Positions 7,682-17,365 of a stretch of DNA of 32,000 nucleotides are shown piece by piece (the first letter of the stretch is position 1; the number at the start of each line of letters is the position of its first letter). Made by a program: the position numbers and the translations under genes. This DNA is from Longivirga aurantiaca (GTDB taxonomy: Bacteria; Actinomycetota; Actinomycetes; S36-B12; CAIYMF01): assembly GCF_042660085.1 (NCBI RefSeq), contig NZ_JBHSTI010000008.1, positions 2,205,604 to 2,237,603 on the forward strand, given 5' to 3'. The notes under the pieces were generated by a model that did no database searches, was not told the DNA's origin, and saw only the letters and a list, made by a program, of their open reading frames with translations.

Positions 7682-9643
7682 CTAGACCGCCGGCTCGGGC
7701 GTGAGGCCCTCGCCGCGCACGGGAAGCGCCGGCATGCCGAGGAGGGTGACCCCGGTGGGGCCGACCTGGATCTCGGTGCCCATCTGGTCGCAGACGCCGC
7801 AGTCGAAGCACGGGGTCCAGCGGCAGTCCTCGACCGGAACCTCGGACAGCGCGTCCTGCCAGTCCTCCCAGAGCCAGTCCTTGTCGAGGCCGCTGTCGAG
7901 GTGGTCCCAGGGGAGCACCTCGGTGTACTCGCGCTCACGGGTGGTGTACCAGGCGACGTCGACGGGCAGGTCGGCCAGGGCGACGTCGGCCGCACCCATC
8001 CAGCGGTCGAACGAGAAGTGCTCGCTCCAGCCGTCGAAGCGGGCGCCGTCGCGCCAGGCCTGCTCGATGACGGCGCCGATGCGGCGGTCTCCACGGCTGA
8101 GCAGTCCTTCGACGATGCCGGGCCGGCCGTCGTGATAGCGGTAGCCGATCGCCTTGCCGTACTGACGGTCGGCGCGGATCGCGTCGCGCAGCTTGTGCAG
8201 GCGGGCGTCGGTGGTCTCGTGGTCGAGCTGCGCGGCCCACTGGAACGGCGTGTGCGGCTTGGGGACGAAGCCCCCGATGCTGACGGTGCAGCGGATGTCG
8301 CGGGTGCCGCTGGCCTTGCGGCCCGCCTCGATCACGCGGCGCGCGACCTCGGCGATCTGCAGCACGTCCTCGTCGGTCTCGGTGGGGAGGCCGCACATGA
8401 AGTAGAGCTTGACGTTGCGCCAGCCGTTGCCGTACGCCGTGGTGACGGTGCGGATGAGGTCTTCCTCGGTCACCATCTTGTTGATCACGCGGCGCATGCG
8501 CTCGCTGCCGCCCTCGGGCGCGAAGGTGAGCCCGCTGCGGCGGCCGTTGCGGGTGAGCTCGTTGGCGAGGTCGATGTTGAACGCGTCGACGCGCGTGCTC
8601 GGCAGGCTGAGGCCGGTCTCGGTGCCCTCGTACCGGTCTGCCAGGCCCTTGGCGAGCGCGGCGATCTCGCTGTGGTCGGCGCTCGAGAGGCTGAGCAGGC
8701 CGACCTCCTCGTAGCCGGTCTTCTCGAGGCCGTTGTCGACCATCTCGGCGATGCTGCGCGCGCTGCGCTCGCGGACCGGGCGCGTGATCATGCCTGCCTG
8801 GCAGAAGCGGCACCCGCGGGTGCAGCCGCGGAAGATCTCGACGCTCATGCGCTCGTGCACGCTCTCGGCGAGCGGCACGAGCGGAGCCTTCGGGTAGGGC
8901 CACTCGTCGAGGTCCATCACCGTGTGCTTGCTGACGCGCCACGGCACGCCGGGGCGGTTGGGCGCCACGCGCTGGATACGGCCGTCGGGGAGGTAGTCGA
9001 CGTCGTAGAAGGCCGGCACGTAGACGTTGCCGGTGCGCGCGAGGCGGAGCAGCAGCTCCTCGCGGCCGCCGGGGCGGCCCTCGGCCTTCCAGTCGCGCAC
9101 GATGTCGGTGATCGCGAGCACCGCCTGCTCGCCGTCGCCGAGCACGGCGGCGTCGACGAAGTCGGCGATGGTCTCGGGGTTGAAGGCCGCGTGGCCGCCG
9201 GCGATGACGACCGGGTGCGTCTCGTCGCGGTCGCGCGCGTGCAGCGGGATGCCCGCGAGGTCAATCGCGGTGAGCATGTTGGTGTAGCCGAGCTCGGTGG
9301 AGAAGCTGAGGCCGAACAGGTCGAACGCGCCGACCGGGCGGTGCTGGTCGACGGTGAACTGCGGGACGGCGTTCTCCCGCATCAGCTTCTCGAGGTCGGG
9401 CCAGACGGCGTACGTGCGCTCGGCGAGGGCGTCGGGGCGCTCGTTGATGACCTCGTACAGGATCTGCACGCCCTGGTTGGGCACGCCGACCTCGTACGCG
9501 TCCGGGTACATGAGCACCCAGCGGACGGCGACGGAGTCCCACTCCTTGGTGACGGCGTTGAGCTCGCCGCCGACGTACTGGACCGGCTTGGACACCAGCG
9601 GCAGGAGCGCCTCGAGCTGGGGGAACACAGACTCGACGGGCAC
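7682..9643 (-). CDS. TIGR03960-type B12-binding/radical SAM protein
   Basis: VESVFPQLEALLPLVSKPVQYVGGELNAVTKEWD..., radical SAM motif RGCTRGCRFCQAGM, C-terminal CFDCGVCD. Start revised from 9790 to GTG at 9643. Confidence 0.9.
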   Translation of the reverse strand: MPVESVFPQLEALLPLVSKPVQYVGGELNAVTKEWDSVAVRWVLMYPDAYEVGVPNQGVQILYEVINERPDALAERTYAVWPDLEKLMRENAVPQFTVDQHRPVGAFDLFGLSFSTELGYTNMLTAIDLAGIPLHARDRDETHPVVIAGGHAAFNPETIADFVDAAVLGDGEQAVLAITDIVRDWKAEGRPGGREELLLRLARTGNVYVPAFYDVDYLPDGRIQRVAPNRPGVPWRVSKHTVMDLDEWPYPKAPLVPLAESVHERMSVEIFRGCTRGCRFCQAGMITRPVRERSARSIAEMVDNGLEKTGYEEVGLLSLSSADHSEIAALAKGLADRYEGTETGLSLPSTRVDAFNIDLANELTRNGRRSGLTFAPEGGSERMRRVINKMVTEEDLIRTVTTAYGNGWRNVKLYFMCGLPTETDEDVLQIAEVARRVIEAGRKASGTRDIRCTVSIGGFVPKPHTPFQWAAQLDHETTDARLHKLRDAIRADRQYGKAIGYRYHDGRPGIVEGLLSRGDRRIGAVIEQAWRDGARFDGWSEHFSFDRWMGAADVALADLPVDVAWYTTREREYTEVLPWDHLDSGLDKDWLWEDWQDALSEVPVEDCRWTPCFDCGVCDQMGTEIQVGPTGVTLLGMPALPVRGEGLTPEPAV

Positions 9644-9859
9644 GGGGCGGCCTTTCCAGGAGGAGCAGGGGAACGAAGGCGATCCTAACGAACCCCGCGG
9701 CCCCAGCATCCCGGCTCGTTCCGTATGAAGGCTGGGCACCCGCTGGGCGACGATGGCCGACGGCCTCGCCGAGCAGGGGACACCATCCAAAGACCCGGCG
9801 ATGATGGCCGGAATTGTTCGGCTCTATTGGATGAAGGTCGCCTTCATCGCAAACGGGCT

Positions 9860-11020
9860 CTACTTCTCCTTGGTCTTCATGTGGACGTTGAGGAGGAGGC
9901 CGATGGCGATCCAGTTGGCGAACATGCTGGTGCCGCCGTAGGAGACGAACGGGAGCGGTACGCCGGTGACGGGCATGATGCCGAGGTTCATGCCGATGTT
10001 CTCGAAGGCCTGGAAGCCGATCCAGACCGCGATGCCCGACGCGACGAGGCGGCCGAAGAGGTCCGAGGCGCGGATCGCGATGCGCACCGCGCGCCAGAGC
10101 AGGACGCCGAGCAGCACGATGATGGCCGCGGCGCCGGCGAAGCCGAGCTCCTCCCCCGCCACCGAGTAGACGAAGTCGGTCTGGTTGTAGGGCACGAACC
10201 GGCCCTGCGTCTGCGGGCCCTCGAACAGCCCCTGGCCGAACCAGCCGCCGGAGCCGATCGCGATACGCGCCTGCTGGGTGTTGTAGCCGATGCCGCGCGG
10301 GTCGTTGGCCGGGTCGGCGAATGCCGTCAGGCGGTCGACCTGGTACTGCTTCAGGATCCCCACCTGCAGCGCCACGAACGACCCGATCGCGGCGGTGGCG
10401 AGGATCCCGACGAGCCAGCGCGTCTTGGCCCCGGACACCGCGATGATCCCGAACACCGCGCACGCCGTGACCATGACCGTGCCGAGGTCGGGCTGCAGCA
10501 TCACGAGGCCGATGGGCACCGCGGCCACGAGCAGTGCGTAGAAGACGTCGATGTCGCGCGGCTCGTCCTCGGCGTCGCGCTTCTCCGAGAGCAGCATCGA
10601 CATCCCGAGGATGATCGCGATCTTCGCGAACTCCGACGGCTGGATCGTGAAGCCCGCAGGCAGGGAGATCCACGCCTGCGCGCCGTTGATCTCCGTGCCG
10701 ATCGGCGAGAGCACCACGACGAGGCCGATGACCGAGACCACCCACAGGATCGGGGTGTACGCGCGCAGCAGCCGGTAGTCGAACCGCGACACCAGCACCG
10801 CGAGGGCCACGCCGATGACGAGGTTGATCAGGTGCTTCTTGAGGTACGCCTGCGGGTCGTTGTCGTACGTCGACAGCTTCCCCGATGTCGCCGACCACAC
10901 GAGCAGCGCACCGAGCACCGAGAGCGCGAGCGCGACCAGGACGAGGGTCCAGTCGACGCGGCGCAGGGCCGACTCGCGCTTGCGCGGCGGCGCCGTCGGG
11001 CTCTTGTACGCCAGCGTCAT
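9860..11020 (-). CDS. rodA: SEDS-family peptidoglycan polymerase RodA
   Basis: 386 aa starting MTLAYKSPTAPP. GTEINGAQAWISLPAGFTIQPSEFAKI, LQPDLGTVMV, TDFVYSVAGEELGF, GVPLPFVSYGGTS. Overlaps the upstream PBP gene by 4 nt (ATGA). The track start at 11491 is spurious upstream frame. Confidence 0.95.
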   Translation of the reverse strand: MTLAYKSPTAPPRKRESALRRVDWTLVLVALALSVLGALLVWSATSGKLSTYDNDPQAYLKKHLINLVIGVALAVLVSRFDYRLLRAYTPILWVVSVIGLVVVLSPIGTEINGAQAWISLPAGFTIQPSEFAKIAIILGMSMLLSEKRDAEDEPRDIDVFYALLVAAVPIGLVMLQPDLGTVMVTACAVFGIIAVSGAKTRWLVGILATAAIGSFVALQVGILKQYQVDRLTAFADPANDPRGIGYNTQQARIAIGSGGWFGQGLFEGPQTQGRFVPYNQTDFVYSVAGEELGFAGAAAIIVLLGVLLWRAVRIAIRASDLFGRLVASGIAVWIGFQAFENIGMNLGIMPVTGVPLPFVSYGGTSMFANWIAIGLLLNVHMKTKEK

Positions 11021-13422
11021 GACGCCCACCTCGATCCGAGGGCCTGCGCCGTGACGGTCGAGCCGTGCCGTCGTCGCCGGGCGCGGTTCAGCAGCCCCGC
11101 GACCACGAGCGGCGGCATCGCCACGAGCCCGGCCGCCGTGCCGCCGGAGTCCGGGACCGCGCCGTCGTCGACCGACGAGGTCGCCGAGGGGGTGGCGCTG
11201 GCCCCGGGGGTCGTCGAGGCGGCCGGCGCGGGGCCCGACGACTTCACCGTCTTCGGCATGCCCGGGTAGACAGGGGTGCCGTCGGACTTCACCTTGGGCA
11301 GCTTGGTCGAGGGCTTCGACCCGACCAGCACCGACTTCGACGGGTCGACCGTGCTGCCCGTGATGCCGTAGATGGCCTCGTAGATGCGGCGCACGCTCGG
11401 GGCGCTGGTGCTGGCACCGGTGCCACCCTGCGACACCATCATCACGACGGCGTACTTCGGGGCGTTGGACGGCGCGAAGGTCGCGAACCACGAGGTCGAC
11501 TGGTCGCCGGCGGTCGCAGCCTGGCCGGTACCGGTCTTGGCCGCCACGGGGATCCGGTCGAGCGGGAAGCCGCGGAACGGGTTGTAGCCGGTGCCGTACG
11601 GCTCGGTGGTCACCTCGGTGAAGGCGCGGCGCAGGAACGCAAGATCGCTCTGGGAGACCGGGAGCGTGCCCATCTTCTTGGGCTCGACCTTGTCCACGAC
11701 CTTGCCGCTCGAGGAGATGAAGCCCTTGGCGATCTGCGGCTGCCAGATCGTGCCGCCGTTGGCGAGCGCGGCGTACGCCTGCGCGATCTGCAGCGGCGTC
11801 ACGACCATGTCGCCCTGGCCGATCGAGAGGTTGACGGCGTCACCGGCGCGGAACTTGTCGCCGTCGGCGCAGTTCTCCTTGGCCAGGGCCTTGAGGAAGA
11901 TCGCCCGGTTGGGGTCGGTCTTGGCCACCTCGGGGTAGCCGTCGACGGCGCGCTTGCACCAGGCGTCCGAGAGCTGGTCGTACAGCAGCTTGCGGAACTC
12001 GCGGCCACCGACGCGGCCGCGCGACTCGCTCGGGAGGTCGATGCCCGTGCGCTTGCCGAAGCCGTAGGCCTTGGCCATCGTCTCGATCGGGTCCTTGGGG
12101 TTCGTCTTCGGCGTGAGGCCGCCGTCCTGCAGCCACCAGCGGTAGGAGACCTCGTACCACATGGTGTCGCAGGAGACCGCGAGGCCGCGGGACAGCGAGA
12201 GGCGGCCGAACTGCTCGCCCTCGAAGTTGCGGAAGATCTGGGTGCCGACCTCGTACTGCGACGGGCAGTCGAAGATCGAGCTCTGTCCGTAGCCGTTCGC
12301 GAGGGCCGCCGACGCCGACACGATCTTGAACGTCGACGCCGGGACGAACTGGCCCTGGATGGCGCGCGAGATCAGCGGGTAGTTCGACGACTTCGCCGTG
12401 AGCGCCTTGTACTCCTTGGACGAGATGCCGCCGACCCACACGGTGGGGTCGTACGTCGGATAGCTCGCCATCGCGAGCACGTGGCCGTTCGTCACGTCCA
12501 TGACGACGGCAGCGCCCGAGTCGGCCTTGTAGTTGCGCGACTTGTCGGTGCGGTCAGGGGTGTTGCGCGCCTTGGTGATGGCGGCGAGCAGCTCCTTCTC
12601 GACCACGGCCTGGAGCTTGGAGTCGATGTTCGTCACCAGGTAGTTGCCCGGCACCGAGTCGGTCTCGCTCACGGTGCCGACGACGTTCGCGGCCTGGTCG
12701 ACGGCGAGCTTCTTGATGCCCGGCTCGCCGCGCAGCTGGGCGTCGTACTCCGCCTCGAGGCCCGATCGGCCGACGAGGTCGGTGCGGCGCAGCAGCGACT
12801 CGTCCGCGGGGATCGTGCCGGCGTCGCGCGCGGCCTTCTGCGCCGCGAGCTCGGTGTCGCTCACCGGGCCGAGGTAGCCGAGGATGTGCGCCGCGTTGGC
12901 CTTGTCGGGCGTGGGGTACTCGCGCACCGCCTCGAGGCCCGCGGTGACACCCGGGTAGTCGGAGCGCTTCTCCATGATCGTGAGCGCGAGGTCCTGGGTG
13001 ATGTCCTTCGCCACGGGGATCGGCTGGAAGGGCGAGCCGTTCCAACAGATGGGCGGCTTCTCGTGGGCCTCGGGGCCGCAGAGCTCGAGCTTGTACGACA
13101 GCGCGGTGTAGGTGGTGTCGAGCGCCTTGGCGAGGCGCGTGAGCACGGCCTTGCCGTCGTCCTTCTGCTTGGCGAGCTCGGTGCGGTCGACGCTGACGAC
13201 CAGGGACGTGCGGTTGGAGACGAGAGGACGGCCGAGCTGGTCGAGGATCAGGCCGCGGGTGGCCGGCGTGACGACCTCGCGGGTGCCGTTGGCGTCGGCC
13301 TTCGCGGTGTAGACGTCGGCGGAGACGACCTGCAGGAAGAACAGCCGGCTCACGAGGGTGATGAGGAGCGAGAACAGCAGCACACCGAGCACCGCGAGGC
13401 GCAACGACGACCGGTCGCTCAC
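11017..13422 (-). CDS. mrdA: Penicillin-binding protein 2 (class B PBP, elongasome transpeptidase)
   Basis: 801 aa: N-terminal TM, TRGLILDQLGRPLVSNR, catalytic PASTFKIVSA (SxxK), KTGTGQ. Followed by rodA in the expected order. Confidence 0.93.
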   Translation of the reverse strand: MSDRSSLRLAVLGVLLFSLLITLVSRLFFLQVVSADVYTAKADANGTREVVTPATRGLILDQLGRPLVSNRTSLVVSVDRTELAKQKDDGKAVLTRLAKALDTTYTALSYKLELCGPEAHEKPPICWNGSPFQPIPVAKDITQDLALTIMEKRSDYPGVTAGLEAVREYPTPDKANAAHILGYLGPVSDTELAAQKAARDAGTIPADESLLRRTDLVGRSGLEAEYDAQLRGEPGIKKLAVDQAANVVGTVSETDSVPGNYLVTNIDSKLQAVVEKELLAAITKARNTPDRTDKSRNYKADSGAAVVMDVTNGHVLAMASYPTYDPTVWVGGISSKEYKALTAKSSNYPLISRAIQGQFVPASTFKIVSASAALANGYGQSSIFDCPSQYEVGTQIFRNFEGEQFGRLSLSRGLAVSCDTMWYEVSYRWWLQDGGLTPKTNPKDPIETMAKAYGFGKRTGIDLPSESRGRVGGREFRKLLYDQLSDAWCKRAVDGYPEVAKTDPNRAIFLKALAKENCADGDKFRAGDAVNLSIGQGDMVVTPLQIAQAYAALANGGTIWQPQIAKGFISSSGKVVDKVEPKKMGTLPVSQSDLAFLRRAFTEVTTEPYGTGYNPFRGFPLDRIPVAAKTGTGQAATAGDQSTSWFATFAPSNAPKYAVVMMVSQGGTGASTSAPSVRRIYEAIYGITGSTVDPSKSVLVGSKPSTKLPKVKSDGTPVYPGMPKTVKSSGPAPAASTTPGASATPSATSSVDDGAVPDSGGTAAGLVAMPPLVVAGLLNRARRRRHGSTVTAQALGSRWAS

Positions 13423-13594
13423 GAGTCAGGGCTCCAGGGGTGGGTGCGGGCGGGTCCAGGCGGGCGCGATCGGTCCGAAGGTTCCGACGACGGCGGCGGA
13501 TCGGGGGTTCCCCGGGGTGACGCAGGACTCAGACCGACAAGGACAAGGGTAAGCCCGCCGGGAAGGGGCTCGTGCCCGTCCGTACAGCGCGCTC

Positions 13595-14119
13595 TCAGGC
13601 CCGGCCGACGTCGTACCGGGGCGGGGGCGGGTCGACCTTGCGCCAGAGCCAGGTGACGAGGGCGAGCACGAAGGGTGCGAGCACGACGGCGTACGCCACC
13701 TGCGTGAGCAGCAGCCCCGGCACCCGCTCCCACGACACGCGGGGGTCGGCGACGACTCCGCCGACCAGCGCGAAGCCGAGCACGATGCCGCCCGTGAGCA
13801 AGCCCGTGAGGCCCACGGCGGCCAGCGGGGAGCGCTCGGTCTGGCCGAGCAGCCCGGCGAGGTAGCCCACGACGACGAGCACGACGGCCGAGAGGCCGAG
13901 CAGGCCGTCCGCCGGAGGCAGCAGGTCGAGCAGGAGCCCTGCCGAGAAGCCGGCGACGGTGCCCCGCACCGGCCCGCCCACGAACCCGAGGCCGATGACC
14001 GTCACGGCCACGATGTCCGGGGTCGCCCCTGGGAGCCCGAACAGCGGCAGCACGGTGAGCTGCAGGAGGACGGCGGTGAGCAGCAGGACGGCCATGAGGC
14101 CCGCACGCAACCAGGACAT
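13595..14119 (-). CDS. mreD: Rod shape-determining membrane protein MreD
   Basis: 174 aa hydrophobic: LLLTAVLLQLTVLPLFGLPGATPDIVAVTVIGLGFVGGPVRGTVAGFSAGLLLDLLPP. Sits between mreC and mrdA. Confidence 0.92.
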   Translation of the reverse strand: MSWLRAGLMAVLLLTAVLLQLTVLPLFGLPGATPDIVAVTVIGLGFVGGPVRGTVAGFSAGLLLDLLPPADGLLGLSAVVLVVVGYLAGLLGQTERSPLAAVGLTGLLTGGIVLGFALVGGVVADPRVSWERVPGLLLTQVAYAVVLAPFVLALVTWLWRKVDPPPPRYDVGRA

Positions 14120-14131
14120 GTCGGCGCCGCC

Positions 14132-15064
14132 TCAGGAGGCCGACGGCGAGGCGCCCGGCGACGCGGTCGACGAGCCGCTCGGGGTCGCGGACGGCGTGGC
14201 GCTCGGGGAGGCCGTGGGCTTCGGCGGCAGCACGGAGTCGCGGGGGTCGGTGCGCGGCGGCTGGACGATGACGCCCACGAGGTCGAGCCTCGTGACGTCG
14301 ACGAACGGCACGACGGTCGCGATGCGGGTGAGCTGACCCGGCGTGCCCCGGACCTCGGTGATCGTGCCCAGGGGGATGCCGGCGACGTACACGCCGCCCT
14401 CGAAGCCGAACGACACGAGGCGGTCGCCCTTCTGCACGGGGGCGAACGGGTCGAGCAGCTGCAGCTCGAGCGAGCGGGGGTCGCCCGTGCCGTTGAGGAA
14501 GCCCTTCTCGAGCGAGGCCTCGACCCGGGCGCCGACGGTGGAGGTGGCGTCGACGAGCAGCGCCACGACCGACGTCGTCTCGTTGACGCGGATGACGCGC
14601 CCGACGAGGCCCTGGCCGTTCACGACGTTCTGGTCGATCGTGACGCCGTCCCTGCGACCCGCGTCGATCGTGACGGTCCAGCCGAATCCCTGGGCCGGGC
14701 CGCTCGCCACGACCTGGGCCGGCACCGTCTCGTACTGGCCGCGGCCGGCGAGGCCGAGGAGCTCGTCGAGCTCGCGCGCGCGGTTGCGGTCGAACTCGGT
14801 GGTGTTGACCTGCTGCTCGAGCTCGTCGATGCGTGCCTGCAGGTCGGCGATCTGCTGGTCCTTGGAGCCGAGGCTGCCGACCGAGCCGAAGAAGTCGGTC
14901 ACCGGCCGGACGACCGCGCTCACTGCCGACTGGACGGGGCCGAAGAAGCCGCCTGCGCTGTCGCGGGCGCCGTCACCGCTGCCGCGAAGGTTGAGGATGA
15001 CGAGGGTCAGCGACGTCAGCAGGAGCAGACCGAGGATGGTCCGCGTCCTTCTGTTGTCCCGCAT
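14132..15064 (-). CDS. mreC: Rod shape-determining protein MreC
   Basis: 310 aa: short cytosolic tail, TM, coiled coil, VVASGPAQGFGWTVTIDAGRRDGVTIDQNVVNGQGLVGRVIRV. Confidence 0.94.
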   Translation of the reverse strand: MRDNRRTRTILGLLLLTSLTLVILNLRGSGDGARDSAGGFFGPVQSAVSAVVRPVTDFFGSVGSLGSKDQQIADLQARIDELEQQVNTTEFDRNRARELDELLGLAGRGQYETVPAQVVASGPAQGFGWTVTIDAGRRDGVTIDQNVVNGQGLVGRVIRVNETTSVVALLVDATSTVGARVEASLEKGFLNGTGDPRSLELQLLDPFAPVQKGDRLVSFGFEGGVYVAGIPLGTITEVRGTPGQLTRIATVVPFVDVTRLDLVGVIVQPPRTDPRDSVLPPKPTASPSATPSATPSGSSTASPGASPSAS

Positions 15065-15094
15065 GGACTAGCCGCTCCTGTCGCCTGTCACGCA

Positions 15095-15128
15095 TTGCGC
15101 CCGCGACGATTCGACGTCGCGGGCGCAA
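15095..15128 (-). terminator. Perfect 14-bp hairpin between mreB and mreC
   Basis: TTGCGCCCGCGACG - ATTCGA - CGTCGCGGGCGCAA; no U-tract on the minus strand. Confidence 0.65.
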
Positions 15129-15177
15129 GCCTAGGTTCCTGCCAGGCGCTGCGACGCAGGTCGCAGCGCTCGGCGCG

Positions 15178-16209
15178 TCAGTTCCGGGGCTCGGAGATGA
15201 GCACCTGCTGAAGCGCCTCGAACTCCTCGACGCACTTGCCCGACCCGAGGGCCACGCAGTCGAGCGGGTCCTCGGCGATCACGATCGGCATGCCGGTCTC
15301 GTGACGGAGGCGCTCGTCGAGGCCCGCGAGGAGCGCGCCGCCGCCGGTGAGGACGATGCCGCGGTCCATGATGTCGCCGGAGAGCTCCGGCGGCGTGCGG
15401 TCGAGCGTGGTCTTGACGGCGTCGACGATCGCGTTGACGGGCTCGTCGATGGCGCGGCGGATCTCCTCCGCCGTGACGACGACCGTGCGCGGGAGACCGG
15501 TGACGAGGTCGCGGCCGCGGATCTCCGCGTGCGGCTCGTCCGGGCTCGGGAACGCCGAGCCGATCGCCATCTTGATCTCCTCGGCGGTGCGCTCGCCGAG
15601 CATGAGGGAGTACTCCTTCTTCACGTAGTTGATGATCGAGCTGTCCAGCTCGTCACCGCCCACGCGGATGGAGAGGCTGGTCACGATGCCGCCGAGGGAG
15701 ATGACCGCGACCTCGGTGGTGCCACCGCCGATGTCGACGACCATGTTGCCGGTCGGCTCGTGCACGGGGAGCCCGGCGCCGATGGCGGCGGCCATGGGCT
15801 CCTCGATGATGTAGACCTTGCGGGCGCCCGCGGCGTACCCGGCGTCCTTCACCGCACGCTGCTCGACGCCGGTGATGCCCGAGGGCACGCAGACGACGAG
15901 GCGCGGCTTGGCCAGGTGGCGCCGCTTGTGCACCTTCTGGATGAAGTAGCGGAGCATGCGCTCGGTGGTGTCGAAGTCGGCGATGACGCCGTCCTTCAGC
16001 GGGCGGATGGCGACGATGTTGCCCGGCGTGCGGCCGATCATCTTCTTCGCCTCGGCGCCCACGGCGAGGATGCCGCCGGTGTTGTTGTTGATCGCGACGA
16101 CGCTGGGCTCGTTGAGCACGATGCCGCGACCACGCACGTAGACGAGCGTGTTCGCCGTACCCAGGTCGACGGCCATGTCACGGCCGATGAACGACAGGTT
16201 GTTGGCCAT
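15178..16209 (-). CDS. mreB: Rod shape-determining protein MreB (actin-like)
   Basis: 343 aa: [36 protein letters not shown]..., [39 protein letters not shown]. Confidence 0.98.
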   Translation of the reverse strand: MANNLSFIGRDMAVDLGTANTLVYVRGRGIVLNEPSVVAINNNTGGILAVGAEAKKMIGRTPGNIVAIRPLKDGVIADFDTTERMLRYFIQKVHKRRHLAKPRLVVCVPSGITGVEQRAVKDAGYAAGARKVYIIEEPMAAAIGAGLPVHEPTGNMVVDIGGGTTEVAVISLGGIVTSLSIRVGGDELDSSIINYVKKEYSLMLGERTAEEIKMAIGSAFPSPDEPHAEIRGRDLVTGLPRTVVVTAEEIRRAIDEPVNAIVDAVKTTLDRTPPELSGDIMDRGIVLTGGGALLAGLDERLRHETGMPIVIAEDPLDCVALGSGKCVEEFEALQQVLISEPRN

Positions 16210-16461
16210 AGGGCGGGGAAGCCTTCCGGGTGGTTCTGGGCGTGCCGAGCGTCAGTGCGCAGCGCGATCGAGACCTCAGGGTAACGGCCAGACGGCGTCC
16301 CCCGGAAATGTCGGTCGGACGGCCCCGGGCCTGTTCGTGCGGGATCCGGTCACCGCGCGTGACCGACGCCACGCCGTTCCCCCGCGGCTCGGTTCTCCCA
16401 TCACGGGCAGAAACGGCCCTTCGCGGGCGGATTCCGTCCTTATCGGGAGAACCGGACCGGG

Positions 16462-16869
16462 TCAGAGGTGGGGGAAGAAGAGGGCGATCTCGCGGGCGGC
16501 GGACTCGGGCGAGTCCGAGCCGTGCGAGACGTTCTCGCTCATCACGGTGGCGAGGTCGCCGCGGATGGTGCCCGGGGCGGCCTTGGCCGGGTCGGTGGCG
16601 CCCATCATCGTGCGCCACGAGGAGATGGCCTCGCGGCCCTCGATCACGGCGGCGAGCAGCGGGCCGGAGGTGATGAAGTCGACGAGCTCGCCGAAGAACG
16701 GCTTCTCGGCGTGCTCGCCGTAGTGCGACTCGGCGGTGGCGCGGTCGAGGGTGCGGAGCTCGAGGGCGACCAGGGTGAAGCCCTTGCGCTCGATCCGCGA
16801 GAGCACCTCTCCGACCAGGCCGCGGGCGACGCCGTCGGGCTTGACGAGGACGAGGGTGCGCTCGGACAC
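16462..16869 (-). CDS. ndk: Nucleoside diphosphate kinase
   Basis: 135 aa: [29 protein letters not shown]..., catalytic [20 protein letters not shown]. Confidence 0.99.
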   Translation of the reverse strand: MSERTLVLVKPDGVARGLVGEVLSRIERKGFTLVALELRTLDRATAESHYGEHAEKPFFGELVDFITSGPLLAAVIEGREAISSWRTMMGATDPAKAAPGTIRGDLATVMSENVSHGSDSPESAAREIALFFPHL

Positions 16870-16923
16870 GGGGAGCTCCAGATCACGAAGGGGTGCCGGC
16901 TCGGTGCGAGCGGCCCACGGATC

Positions 16924-17355
16924 CTAACCGGCGGAGCCGGGCGCCCGATCCTCGGCCGAGCCCGGCTCGACGACGTCGGACGCCGCGGCCTCGGCTGCCT
17001 TGGCCGCCTGCTCGGCCTGCCAGGCGGCCTCGGCAGCCCGGTTCTGGGCCGCGAGCACGTCGCCCTTGGCCCCGTAGATCACGCCGAGCACCCAGACGCC
17101 GAGGAAGAGGAGGCCGAGCACCGCGAGGGCGGGAACCAGCAGCCCGGAGAGCACGACGAGGGCCTGGAGCACCCAGCCCACCGCCACGCCCCGGGGGCGG
17201 CGTACCGCGCCCGAGCCGAGCGCGAGCAGGATCGCCAGCACGCCCAGCACGATGGCCGAGGTGGGCCCGCGGTCGTCGACGGCGAGCGCCACGGGGATGG
17301 CGAGGGCGACGACGATCGCCTCGAGCAGCAGGATCGCGGGCAGCACGACCTTCAT
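16924..17355 (-). CDS. DUF4233-type small membrane protein
   Basis: MKVVLPAILLLEAIVVALAIPVALAVDDRGPTSAIVLGVLAILLALGSGAV..., about 143 aa. Found between folC and ndk. Start revised from 17583. Confidence 0.85.
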   Translation of the reverse strand: MKVVLPAILLLEAIVVALAIPVALAVDDRGPTSAIVLGVLAILLALGSGAVRRPRGVAVGWVLQALVVLSGLLVPALAVLGLLFLGVWVLGVIYGAKGDVLAAQNRAAEAAWQAEQAAKAAEAAASDVVEPGSAEDRAPGSAG

Positions 17356-17365
17356 CGCGACCGCC

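Noticed and set aside
6068-9688. Large plus-strand ORF (1206 aa) opposite rne and the radical SAM genes
   Set aside because: Antisense to clearly recognisable proteins; low-complexity R/A/V-rich translation with no motifs. Typical high-GC spurious frame.
9830-9848. Inverted repeat GATGAAGG-TCG-CCTTCATC just past rodA, considered as a terminator
   Set aside because: Only 8 bp with a 3-nt loop and no T-tract; too weak to call without transcript data.
11065-13656. Plus-strand ORF (863 aa) opposite the PBP2 gene
   Set aside because: Mirror frame of a confirmed PBP2; composition-biased, no domain signal.
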